From Candidatus Saccharimonadota bacterium (GTDB taxonomy: Archaea > Nanobdellota > Nanobdellia > Pacearchaeales > GW2011-AR1), in assembly GCA_041659445.1 (NCBI GenBank), contig JBAZYG010000001.1, positions 1-32,000 on the forward strand: DNA of 32,000 nucleotides. Reading direction: 5' to 3'. Numbering within the stretch: the stretch's first letter is position 1; each line of letters opens with the position of its first letter. This document shows positions 1 to 7,906 of this stretch, piece after piece. Made by a program: the position numbers and the translations under genes. Below the pieces are notes generated by a model, which did not search any database, was not told where the DNA came from, and saw only the letters and a list, made by a program, of their open reading frames with translations.

Positions 1-462
1 GCTTACATTTCAGATATTAATAGCAATTCTGGAATAAATGATTCTCAGAAATTTTCTGTTGGAACAACAGCTGGTTTTCAAGTAACACCTTCTTCTTTAA
101 CATTCTCGAGCATTAGTCCAGGTGCAATAAATACTGAATCTAATAAAATTATTCTTTTGAATAATACGGGTAATGACGAAGTAAGTATTGAAGTAAATGC
201 AACAAATCTTTATGGAGAACAAAATAATGCTTATGCTTTGTATGCTGAAAATTTTTCAGTGTCTACTTCTTCTGGTTGTGGTGGAACAGCAATGGTTTCA
301 CAAACTTATACTTCTATTTCAGGAGCATCATTACCAATAGGAAACTATACAATTAACGACGGAACTGCTCAAGAGCAATTGTATTTTTGTTTGAAATCTG
401 CAAATTCAAATTTAATTTCACAATCTTATTCAACTTCAGACGCAGGGGCTTGGATAATTCGA
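1..462 (+). repeat. Tandem gene-segment duplication: 1-462 is collinear with 1555-2019
   Basis: nt 1-126 equal 1555-1680 exactly. A divergent block with a 3-nt indel follows. After that, near-identical blocks alternate with divergent ones. Confidence 0.9.
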
Positions 463-1071
463 ATTTTCTTTGTTGCAATTTCAGGTACTTCAAGAATTAG
501 GAAAAAAATTAAGAATAAAAATAAATCTCTTAACGACGATAAATTACTTGAAGCATTAAGTTTGATTTCAGAAGAATTAAAACAAGAATATTCATTAAAT
601 AAGAAACAATTAGTTGAAGTTATTTTGGAAAAATTAAGTGATAAGCATAATATTTTAAAATCTGAAATTTTAAAAATTTTGAAATCAAGCGAGAAAAATA
701 ATTATGAAATTCCATTAGGAATTTTTTCCAGAGATTTAGGAGCTCTTGAAAGTGTGGTTAAATATTTAAAAGAAAATTTAAAAATGAGTTATAAGGAAAT
801 TTCGGAAAAATTAAATAGAGATGAAAGAACAATTTGGAATGTTTATGCAAATGCAATTAAAAAATCGAAAAAGGTATTTTCTTTTGATTCAAATAACTTA
901 GAAAAGGTTCCATTATCTATTTTTGATAATAAAAATTTAACAATCTTGGAGTCATTGATAATTTATCTTAAGGATAAAAGAAATTTAAAATATACTGAAA
1001 TTTCAAAATTAATTGATAGAGATCAAAGGAATGTTTGGACTGTTTATACTCGGGCAAAACATAAGCTCTAG
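1..1071 (+). CDS. Surface-protein paralogue (5' partial, enters from upstream) continuing into a weak TM segment, a Lys-rich tail and two tandem HTH-like repeats
   Basis: Frame 1 is open from nt 1; the listed 157 start is only an internal TTG. nt 1-126 are identical to 1555-1680 of the next gene, in the same frame. After ...AGAWIIRIFFVAISG comes RIRKKIKNKNK. Two repeats follow, of the form IF..L..LES...YLK...L.Y.EIS.L..RD.R..W.VY..A..K, which resemble sigma70-r4/LuxR/Bat-type HTHs. Confidence 0.6.
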   Translation, partial: AYISDINSNSGINDSQKFSVGTTAGFQVTPSSLTFSSISPGAINTESNKIILLNNTGNDEVSIEVNATNLYGEQNNAYALYAENFSVSTSSGCGGTAMVSQTYTSISGASLPIGNYTINDGTAQEQLYFCLKSANSNLISQSYSTSDAGAWIIRIFFVAISGTSRIRKKIKNKNKSLNDDKLLEALSLISEELKQEYSLNKKQLVEVILEKLSDKHNILKSEILKILKSSEKNNYEIPLGIFSRDLGALESVVKYLKENLKMSYKEISEKLNRDERTIWNVYANAIKKSKKVFSFDSNNLEKVPLSIFDNKNLTILESLIIYLKDKRNLKYTEISKLIDRDQRNVWTVYTRAKHKL

Positions 1072-1110
1072 TGAAGAAATGTTTAAAAAGGATTTTGTAT
1101 TATTAAGGTA

Positions 1111-2031
1111 ATGAAAAAAGAGGCAAGCTTAACTTTTGTTTTTTTGTTTGCATTAATAATTATTTCTCTACCTTTGATATCTGCAGGCTTTCCAGAATTC
1201 TGGAATAAAGTAACAGGAAAAGTTACAACTTCGCCTGTTGATTTGAATATTACTGTTACTTCTGGTTCAGCTCCTTTAATTTATTCTGTTCAAAATTCTA
1301 CAATGACTGATGTTTCTTCTGGTTTGAATGAAGGACCAAATCCAACATATATAACTATTAATTTTTCAGTTAGCGATACAGATGGTAATGCGAACATAAA
1401 TGATTCTAGTGCAAGAATTAATTTTACAAAAACAGGTGAAACAACAAGAGAAAATTTAACTTGTACTGAATCTGGAAGTTCTGGAAATTATGCAAATTAT
1501 ACTTGTAATGTTACAATGTGGTGGTGGGATGGAGCAGGGCTTTGGAATATAACTGCTTACATTTCAGATATTAATAGCAATTCTGGAATAAATGATTCTC
1601 AGAAATTTTCTGTTGGAACAACAGCTGGTTTTCAAGTAACACCTTCTTCTTTAACATTCTCGAGCATTAGTCCAGGTGCAACAAACCAACAAGCAACAAA
1701 TGATCCTATGAGTTTGAATAATACAGGTAATTTAGTAAGAAATGTACAAATTAATGCAACAAATCTTTATGGAGAACAAAATAATGTTTATGCTTTAGGA
1801 GCAAGTAATTTTAGTGTAAATACTGCTGATGCATGTGCAGGAACAGCAATGGTTTCACAAACATATACCTCTATTTCAGGAGCATCATTACCAATAGGAA
1901 ATTATACTATTAACGACGGAACTGCTCAAGAACAATTGTATTTTTGTTTGGATAGTTCTAATTCAAATTTAATTTCACAATCTTATTCAACTTCAGAAGC
2001 AGGAGCTTGGACAATTAAAATAATCGCATAA
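1111..2031 (+). CDS. Secreted protein rich in N-glycosylation sequons; paralogue of the preceding gene
   Basis: N-terminal hydrophobic signal (LTFVFLFALIIISLPLISA). Many N-x-S/T sequons (NITVT, NSTMT, NFSVS, NLTC, NYTC, NVTM). The C-terminal ~155 aa are collinear with 1-462. Confidence 0.7.
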   Translation: MKKEASLTFVFLFALIIISLPLISAGFPEFWNKVTGKVTTSPVDLNITVTSGSAPLIYSVQNSTMTDVSSGLNEGPNPTYITINFSVSDTDGNANINDSSARINFTKTGETTRENLTCTESGSSGNYANYTCNVTMWWWDGAGLWNITAYISDINSNSGINDSQKFSVGTTAGFQVTPSSLTFSSISPGATNQQATNDPMSLNNTGNLVRNVQINATNLYGEQNNVYALGASNFSVNTADACAGTAMVSQTYTSISGASLPIGNYTINDGTAQEQLYFCLDSSNSNLISQSYSTSEAGAWTIKIIA

Positions 2032-2097
2032 AACTAAAATGAAAAAACTCAAAATAAATTTTGGTATATATTTATTTTAAAAAACAATAAAACTAAA

Positions 2098-2640
2098 ATG
2101 AAAAAAGAAATGATCAAACTTGCAGGGGTTTTTGGGATTTTTGTATTCTTGATTTCTGCAGTTTCTGCTTTTGCAGTTTCTTCAAAATATTGGGAAGAAA
2201 ATCCTTTAACAATTTCTCCTGGTGAAACAATTGAAACATATCTTGTTTTACAAAATCTTGCAGGAGAAAGTGACTTGACTGTTGAAGCAACAATTACTGA
2301 AGGAAATGAATTTGCAAGTCTTATTGGTGATTCAAATATTTTTATTGTTCCTCTTGGGCAAAAAATTGAAGTTCCTTTTTCAGTTAGTATTCCTGAAGAT
2401 GCAGTAATTGGAGATTCAAAAAATATAATTTTTTCATTTAGAACTTTATCAAATCCTGAATCAGGAGAATTTGGTTTTGGTAGTGGTGTTGAAAGAGAAA
2501 TTCCTTTATTAATAATTACTGAACAAAAATCAACAAGTCCATTTTCATGGTGGGTTTATTTAGTCATTGTTTTAGCAGGAATTTTATTAATCTTTGGTAT
2601 TATTGAACTCTTTAAGAAAGAAAAGAAAAAAAAGAAATAA
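2098..2640 (+). CDS. Small surface protein with a signal peptide and a C-terminal TM anchor
   Basis: N-terminal signal (KLAGVFGIFVFLISAVSAFA). Beta-rich middle that resembles CARDB/NEW3-type adhesion folds (weak call). C-terminal WWVYLVIVLAGILLIFGII followed by KKEKKKKK. Confidence 0.6.
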   Translation: MKKEMIKLAGVFGIFVFLISAVSAFAVSSKYWEENPLTISPGETIETYLVLQNLAGESDLTVEATITEGNEFASLIGDSNIFIVPLGQKIEVPFSVSIPEDAVIGDSKNIIFSFRTLSNPESGEFGFGSGVEREIPLLIITEQKSTSPFSWWVYLVIVLAGILLIFGIIELFKKEKKKKK

Positions 2641-2688
2641 ATCTGTATTTCAAGCAAGTTTTAAATAGTTCTTTTTGTTTTTTTTGAA

Positions 2689-4365
2689 ATGATAAAAAAA
2701 GAGATATTTTTCTGCTTAATTTTTATTTTTCTGCTGAATTTTTCAAGTGCAATAACTGGAGAATCTATTACTGGAAATGTTACAAGTCAAGGTTTTAGTT
2801 TAAGTATTTCTGTTGTTTTGAATACACCTTCTTTAGAAATAAATTCTCCTACAAATGGAACTTTTTTAACTACATTAAATTTACCATTGAATTATTCTGT
2901 TTCAAATGCTAACGCTGTTTGGTATAATTTAGATAATTCATTGAATACTTCGCTTTCTAATTTATCATCAATTATTTATTTTAATACTAGTTCAGGTTTT
3001 CATACACTTTATTTATATGCAAACAATTCAGATGGTTTAATTTCTAAAAATATTAGTTTCACTGTAGATTCTACAAAATTTATAATTCATTATAATGAAC
3101 GTAATTCTAATAACTTTGTTTCAACTGAGTTTAATTCATCAAGTTATGAAGATTTACAAAATATTTCAGGGGTTTTTTTTGAACAATTAAATTATGGTAG
3201 GATTTATTTTTTGGAATCTTTGAATGTTACAAATACTTCTACAGGGAATAATTCTATTAATTTAAATAATTATATTAATATTTCTTTTAACAGAATTGAA
3301 ATAAATTCAACAGCATTGCCAAATTTCAATAAATCTGCTCAATTAAAATTTTATAGTTTAAGTTTTAGTAATCCAAGAATTTTGAAAGATGGAAATGTTT
3401 GCTCAAGTGAAGAATGTTCAATAGTTGGATATTCTTCGGGAATTTTAACTTTTAATGTTGACGATTTTAGTGTTTATTCTTCAGAAGAAACTCCCTCTGA
3501 AGTAGTTTCTTCTGGTGGTGGGGGTGGAGGTTCATCAAAAGTGAGATTAAAAGAAAGTGATTTAGTTTTTGATAAAGATATTCTTAAAATTGATTTGAGA
3601 CAAGGTCAAAGTATTCTTACTAATTTAAGTTTAACAAATGTTGGTAATGAAGTTTTTGATGTTGAAATTGTCGTCGATGAAAAAATAGATTTTTTAATAG
3701 ATATTGATGAAAAAACTTTTATTATGAACTCTAATGGGCAGAAAGAAATTCCAATTTCGTTTTTTTCAAATGAAGAAACAATTCCAGATGTTTATTTCGG
3801 AGAGTTAATGATAAATTATGGTGATTTTAATAAAGAAATTCCAGTTATTATTGATATTGATTCTTTGCAATCTTTATTGGATGTTGAATTGGTTTTACCT
3901 AATCCTTCTAATATTTATTCTCCTGGTAGTGATTTAACTGTTGTATCTAAAATAACTAATTTTGGAGAAGTTGGAAGATTTGATGTAATTCTCGAATATG
4001 AAATAACTGATTTAGAAGGAAATATTATTTTGTCTAATAGCGATTCAATGGCTGTTGAAACCCAATTTAGTAATGTTCAAATTTTTACAATTCCAGATTA
4101 TTTAAAAAGAGGAAGATATCTTGTTTCTGTCAAAGCAAAATATAATGGGGAAGTTGCTGTTGCAAGTCATGAATTTTTTGTTGATAGAGGATTAAGAACA
4201 GTTCTCTTAGATAATTTAACTTTAGTTGTCATATTTATTCTTCTTGGTATTCTTCTGATTTTGATTTTTTTAATAATTATTAAATGTTTTTTTCAGAGGA
4301 TGTTAAATCATGCTATAAGCAAAGAGAAAAAGCATATTTCTCTATCTAAAAAAAATAAAAAATAA
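2689..4365 (+). CDS. Large cell-surface protein (signal peptide, sequon-rich, Gly linker, C-terminal TM anchor)
   Basis: Signal FFCLIFIFLLNFSSA, dozens of N-x-S/T sequons and an SSGGGGGGSS linker. Two CARDB-like segments (LTNVGNEVFDVEI...; ITNFGEVGRFDV...). C-terminal TM LVVIFILLGILLILIFLIII plus a basic tail. Confidence 0.7.
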   Translation: MIKKEIFFCLIFIFLLNFSSAITGESITGNVTSQGFSLSISVVLNTPSLEINSPTNGTFLTTLNLPLNYSVSNANAVWYNLDNSLNTSLSNLSSIIYFNTSSGFHTLYLYANNSDGLISKNISFTVDSTKFIIHYNERNSNNFVSTEFNSSSYEDLQNISGVFFEQLNYGRIYFLESLNVTNTSTGNNSINLNNYINISFNRIEINSTALPNFNKSAQLKFYSLSFSNPRILKDGNVCSSEECSIVGYSSGILTFNVDDFSVYSSEETPSEVVSSGGGGGGSSKVRLKESDLVFDKDILKIDLRQGQSILTNLSLTNVGNEVFDVEIVVDEKIDFLIDIDEKTFIMNSNGQKEIPISFFSNEETIPDVYFGELMINYGDFNKEIPVIIDIDSLQSLLDVELVLPNPSNIYSPGSDLTVVSKITNFGEVGRFDVILEYEITDLEGNIILSNSDSMAVETQFSNVQIFTIPDYLKRGRYLVSVKAKYNGEVAVASHEFFVDRGLRTVLLDNLTLVVIFILLGILLILIFLIIIKCFFQRMLNHAISKEKKHISLSKKNKK

Positions 4366-4390
4366 ATATGAATACTGTCTTTTTACCTTA

Positions 4391-4452
4391 GTTTTTATCA
4401 GTACTTAAAAATGTTTATAAATAACTGTTGTTTTTCATCAGTACTTAAAATG
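4391..4452 (+). promoter_or_regulatory. Promoter region of the trx operon: TATA-like TTTATAAATA (4414-4423) bracketed by a ~22-nt direct repeat
   Basis: GTTTTT-ATCAGTACTTAAAA-(A)TG occurs at 4391-4413 and again at 4430-4452, with a 14-nt perfect core at 4397-4410 and 4437-4450. The core contains the palindrome AGTACT. Confidence 0.5.
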
Positions 4453-4467
4453 GTTATTTAATATAAA

Positions 4468-4800
4468 ATGGCACTAAAACATTTAACTTTAGAAAATTAT
4501 GAAAGGGAAATTGAAAATTCAAAACTTCCTGTAGTTGTAGATTTTTATGCAGATTGGTGTGGACCTTGTCAAATGATGGCTCCTGTTTTTGAATCTTTAA
4601 GCACAGAATTTAAAGGAAAAATGAATTTTTTAAAATTGGACACTTCTGAAGAAGAAATGCTTTCTGTTAAATTTGGAGTTCAAGGAATTCCAACTTTGGT
4701 TTTTATGAATAAAGGAAAAGAAATTTCGAGACATGTTGGTTATGCTCCTGGGCAAATGCTTAAATCAAAAATTTCAGAAGTTCTTAAAAAAATAAAATGA
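4468..4800 (+). CDS. trxA: Thioredoxin
   Basis: VVVDFYADWCGPCQMMAP active-site motif (WCGPC), ~110 aa, GIPTL cis-Pro loop. Confidence 0.9.
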   Translation: MALKHLTLENYEREIENSKLPVVVDFYADWCGPCQMMAPVFESLSTEFKGKMNFLKLDTSEEEMLSVKFGVQGIPTLVFMNKGKEISRHVGYAPGQMLKSKISEVLKKIK

Positions 4801-5144
4801 TTGATTTTGCGTGTAAAAAATTTGATGTATCTGATATTGTTAAATGTAGTTTAAACTTGACTAAATCTGATTTTAATGTCTTGAAATTTCTTTTAAAAAA
4901 TAATTCTGAAAAATTAAATACTGAAGAATTATCAAAAAAATTAAATTTAGATAAATCTACAATTCAAAGAACAGTAAAAAGACTTTATGAAAAAAATTTA
5001 ATTTCAAGGTCGCAAATAAATTCAAGTATCGGCGGATATTCTTACGTCTATAAAATAAAAAATAAATCTGAAATCAATTCAATTATCTTGAAAATTTTAG
5101 ATGATTGGCATGAAACAGTTAAAGAAAATATAAAGAAGTGGTGA
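4797..5144 (+). CDS. Small winged-helix (MarR/TrmB-like) transcription regulator
   Basis: ATGA start/stop overlap with trx. The segment EELSKKLNLDKSTIQRTVKRLYEKNLISR looks like an HTH plus wing. Two N-terminal Cys residues (C6, C17). Confidence 0.55.
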   Translation: MIDFACKKFDVSDIVKCSLNLTKSDFNVLKFLLKNNSEKLNTEELSKKLNLDKSTIQRTVKRLYEKNLISRSQINSSIGGYSYVYKIKNKSEINSIILKILDDWHETVKENIKKW

Positions 5145-5146
5145 GA

Positions 5147-5479
5147 TTATATTTTTTTAATATTATTATTTCCAATAAACCATAGTATAAAAGAAATTAA
5201 AACAAAAATTGCTCCAATTATAAAAAACCAAATCCAGAGCTGTAAATTATTATTTGTTAAATTTCCGTAAATTTGTATGAAATTCTTATATAAATCTGTC
5301 TTTTCCATTGTCAAATTTTCAGAATTTAAAGCAAGGGAAACGGCTTTATCAAAATTATTATTTGCAGAATTGTAAGCAATCCCGCCAGAGGCAAATAAAA
5401 ATCCTGCAAAGATAATTGAAATTTGAGCCAATACAAAATAACTTTTTGCAATTTCTAATTTTTTTATTTCATTGTTCAT
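5147..5479 (-). CDS. Small membrane protein (2 TM), unknown function
   Basis: Two long hydrophobic segments (AQISIIFAGFLFASGGIA; WIWFFIIGAIFVLISFILWFI). Confidence 0.45.
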   Translation of the reverse strand: MNNEIKKLEIAKSYFVLAQISIIFAGFLFASGGIAYNSANNNFDKAVSLALNSENLTMEKTDLYKNFIQIYGNLTNNNLQLWIWFFIIGAIFVLISFILWFIGNNNIKKI

Positions 5480-5669
5480 TTTAATTTTAAAGCCTAGCTC
5501 AAAATCAAAGATTTTGGCTTGAGTCTTTTTCTCACTTCGTTCGAAAAAGTCTAGACTAAAAATTACAAAGTAATTTTTGTCAGGTGTCTTTGTTTCAGAT
5601 TTTGAAGTTGAAGCAAAGCCTCCAGACTGAAAATAAATTTTCGTAAATGTCGGCTTTAAAGAAAAAAAA

Positions 5670-5783
5670 AGCCTCCAGAGAGATTTGAACTCCCGACCTA
5701 CTGCTCTCTTACCAATCCGCTTTCACGAAGCGCCTATGCGTTATGGCTACAAGGCAGCCGCTCTGCCACTGAGCTATGGAGGC
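5670..5783 (-). tRNA. tRNA-Thr(TGT) with a 42-nt intron at 37/38 (intron 5706-5747)
   Basis: Reverse complement reads GCCTCCA-TA-GCTC..GAGC-G-GCTGC-CTTGTA|intron|A-GCAGT-AGGTC-GGGAG-TTCAAAT-CTCTC-TGGAGGC-T. CTTG pairs with TAAG at the intron 3' end, followed by a 3-nt AGA bulge, which is BHB-like. Confidence 0.8.
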
Positions 5784-5837
5784 TTGATTACAATGAAAGG
5801 TAGAAATCTGCGTTTTTAAAATTTGTTCTTATTGATT

Positions 5838-6374
5838 TTATAACTCTTTTTCAACTTCTAGAACTCTAATTTCACAAAGAGACAAAGGATATATCTTTTT
5901 TAATTTCATACTTAAATTTTTTTGCAATGAATTTTTTAGTATTTCATCAAAAACTTCTTCAAAGTTTTTTTGTTTAATATATTCTATTAATTCTTGTTTT
6001 GCTTTATCTCTTAATGCTTTTCTAATTTTTCTTGGAACTTTTCTTCTTGTAATTAAAAAAGGTTTTATTCTTAATTGTGCATTTTTGCAATTTGCAGAAA
6101 AAGAATCTTCAACATAATCTGTTCCTTTTCTCATCATCCTTCTTAAATAATATGGCATTAATTTTATTTCTTTTGGAACTGTTATAGCTTCGTCGTTTTT
6201 TACAAGGACTTTTATAGTTAATAAAATACTTTTTCCTTTGAGGATTCTTGTTAAATCATATTTGATATATCTATTGTTTAAATCTTTTGATTCATAAGCT
6301 TGTAGCTGTGTAGACTTTTTTATTAAAGGTATTTCAATGTTAAAAAATTTCTTTTTTCTTTTTGCTTCTGCCAT
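5838..6374 (-). CDS. rps3ae: 30S ribosomal protein S3Ae (eS1)
   Basis: KKKFFNIEIPL..., YDLTRILKGKS and KIYPLSLCEIRVLEV match the eS1 family pattern. A GGTG SD lies 8 nt upstream of the ATG. Confidence 0.9.
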   Translation of the reverse strand: MAEAKRKKKFFNIEIPLIKKSTQLQAYESKDLNNRYIKYDLTRILKGKSILLTIKVLVKNDEAITVPKEIKLMPYYLRRMMRKGTDYVEDSFSANCKNAQLRIKPFLITRRKVPRKIRKALRDKAKQELIEYIKQKNFEEVFDEILKNSLQKNLSMKLKKIYPLSLCEIRVLEVEKEL

Positions 6375-6484
6375 CTTAAGACACCTACGGTTTCTTTACG
6401 TTCAACTTCCCTCTAAGCACTGAAAAGCAATTTCTTTCTTTGCCTTCGACGGAAATTGTAAATTTAATTTTTTGAATTTTCATT

Positions 6485-6799
6485 TTATTCTTGTACTTGT
6501 TTTCCTGCTCTTATTCCTTTTTTTTGATATTTTGATTTTCCACAAGTTTTACAAGTGTACATGATATTTGTTTTTTTAGTTGTTTTTGCTTTTCTTTTGA
6601 ATTTTGATACAGCTGGTTTTGAACCCCATTTACCTTTATTTCCAATTCCTCTTCCTAATCCTCTTAATTTTGCACGAGAGATACCTCCTCGTTTTAAAGT
6701 CCCTCTTTTACCTCCTGTTGAAACTAACTTTATTTTTTGTTCAGTTCTTTTTTTACAGTAAGGACAATATCTTTTTGTTGTCTTTGGGATTTTTGCCAT
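6485..6799 (-). CDS. rpl44e: 50S ribosomal protein L44e (eL42)
   Basis: CPYCKKRT...CKTCGK zinc-ribbon pairs, very basic, ~100 aa, typical eL42 layout. A TATA-like TTTATAAAC (on the minus strand) sits ~26 nt upstream. Confidence 0.9.
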   Translation of the reverse strand: MAKIPKTTKRYCPYCKKRTEQKIKLVSTGGKRGTLKRGGISRAKLRGLGRGIGNKGKWGSKPAVSKFKRKAKTTKKTNIMYTCKTCGKSKYQKKGIRAGKQVQE

Positions 6800-6873
6800 A
6801 GATTTTAGTCGAAAAATTAGTTTATAAAGTTTTTTATAGTTTAGTGCCGCAGCTATATTTATAAAATATCAAA

Positions 6874-7179
6874 ATGGTAAGGATAAAATTTTCTAAAGGA
6901 AAACAAAGAAAATTTTTTGATAGAGTTTTGGAATTGTTAAATTGTCCTTCTTTAAGAGAATTAATTGCTCGTGGAATTGATGCAGACTATTCATCATTAA
7001 AAAATTATTATTCTGAGAGAAGAACAATTCCAGAAAATTTATTTAATAGTTTATGTGAGATTTCTAAATTAGACAAAACTTCTTTTTCATCCAAGAAGAT
7101 TTCTGAGCATTGGGGACAAATTAAAGGAGGAAAAATTAGTAAAAGAAAAAAAATTAAACATGGCCCTGCGAAGAATTGA
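6874..7179 (+). CDS. Small basic hypothetical protein, possibly HTH-like
   Basis: ORF only. The segment SLRELIARGIDADYSSLKNYYSERRTIPENLF looks HTH-like. The 3' end overlaps the convergent tRNA-Val by 19 nt, and promoter geometry is unclear. Confidence 0.4.
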   Translation: MVRIKFSKGKQRKFFDRVLELLNCPSLRELIARGIDADYSSLKNYYSERRTIPENLFNSLCEISKLDKTSFSSKKISEHWGQIKGGKISKRKKIKHGPAKN

Positions 7180-7277
7180 ACTCCGGTCTCATCCATTTTG
7201 AGAGTTTAACTCTTAAAACTATTCTTCTAAAGTTATATCGCGTCAAGGATACGTCTTAGCCATTGGACTACAGGGCC
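7161..7277 (-). tRNA. tRNA-Val(GAC) with a 45-nt AT-rich intron at 37/38
   Basis: Reverse complement reads GGCCCTG-TA-GTCC..GAC-G-TATCC-TTGACG|intron|T-GGATG-AGAC-CGGAG-TTCAATT-CTTCG-CAGGGCC-A. TTGA pairs with TCAA, followed by a 3-nt AAT bulge. Confidence 0.8.
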
Positions 7278-7300
7278 TATTTATATAAATGATTTTAGAA

Positions 7301-7312
7301 ATATTTAAATAT
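7301..7312. promoter_or_regulatory. Perfectly palindromic TATA-like element ATATTTAAATAT between divergent tRNA-Val and ORF 7333
   Basis: Its centre is ~30 nt from the tRNA-Val 5' end (7277, minus strand) and ~26 nt from the ATG at 7333 (plus strand). Confidence 0.45.
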
Positions 7313-7332
7313 GTACTTTATTAAGTATATTC

Positions 7333-7530
7333 ATGAGAAGAGGAATGAAAGCATTTTGGTTTTTACTGCATCTTATTTTTGGATTATATCTTATAAATGT
7401 TCCTATACAATTTGTTAAAATTCCAGCATCTTTTTCAGTTGTTAACACATGGATAATTTTTGTTGGGGGAATTTTGGTTCTTTTTGGCGGAATTAATTAT
7501 TTGAGAGCTTCTAGATATAGTAATTTTTAA
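7333..7530 (+). CDS. Small membrane protein (2 TM)
   Basis: Hydrophobic segments FWFLLHLIFGLYLI and WIIFVGGILVLFGGI. Confidence 0.45.
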   Translation: MRRGMKAFWFLLHLIFGLYLINVPIQFVKIPASFSVVNTWIIFVGGILVLFGGINYLRASRYSNF

Positions 7531-7598
7531 TTAAATAAAAAATTTATTTGTTTGTTAAATATAGAAATCTATTTAAATATTAATTTTTTCTTTTATAT

Positions 7599-7904
7599 AT
7601 GGGTAATTTTTTAGATGAATTTGATAACCTAGAAAAAAAACAAAAAGAAATTAACAAGGATTTGCAGGAATATAAAAAAGGTTATAAGCATGGGAGAAAT
7701 TCGACAAGAAATCCAGAATATAAAAAATATGGTTTGCATCAAGACATTAAAACTTTTTCAGGTATTAATAAAGGAGTATATGATTCAATGCCTCAACTAA
7801 AAGGAAATAGGGCATCTTATGCTAGTGCAGGAATGAGCCATGCAGATGAAACAGGAGATATTTCTTTAATGAAAGATAGCCCCTCAAGTTATATGAAGAA
7901 TTAA
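7599..7904 (+). CDS. Hydrophilic hypothetical protein
   Basis: ORF only; no recognisable motif. Confidence 0.4.
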   Translation: MGNFLDEFDNLEKKQKEINKDLQEYKKGYKHGRNSTRNPEYKKYGLHQDIKTFSGINKGVYDSMPQLKGNRASYASAGMSHADETGDISLMKDSPSSYMKN

Positions 7905-7906
7905 AT

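Noticed and set aside
1-2031. Diversity-generating retroelement (template/variable repeat pair) as the explanation for the near-identical repeats
   Set aside because: There is no reverse transcriptase in the window. Differences between the copies affect all four bases and include an indel, rather than being adenine-specific. Both copies are coding paralogues.
5615-5679. 12-nt direct repeat AAAGCCTCCAGA (5615-5626 and 5668-5679) that includes the 3' acceptor strand of tRNA-Thr; possible att-site scar of an integrated element
   Set aside because: The copies are only 53 nt apart with no cargo between them and no integrase nearby. A 12-nt match is weak. Nearby small hairpins (for example AAAAATTAC-AAA-GTAATTTTT at ~5559-5579) look like ordinary intergenic structure.
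6375-6484. Relatively GC-richer 110-nt spacer between rpl44e and rps3ae, as a possible small RNA
   Set aside because: I could find no convincing stem-loop, tRNA-like or C/D-box features. It ends in a GGTG SD for rps3ae, so it is most simply an intercistronic spacer. A covariance search could revisit this.
6555-6801. Two plus-strand ORFs (6555-6761, 6604-6801) antisense to rpl44e
   Set aside because: They lie fully inside a confidently identified ribosomal protein gene and have a low-complexity Leu/Phe-rich translation typical of antisense AT-rich frames.
7008-7196. 62-aa minus-strand ORF
   Set aside because: It is antisense to ORF 6874-7179 and runs into tRNA-Val, with no motif support.
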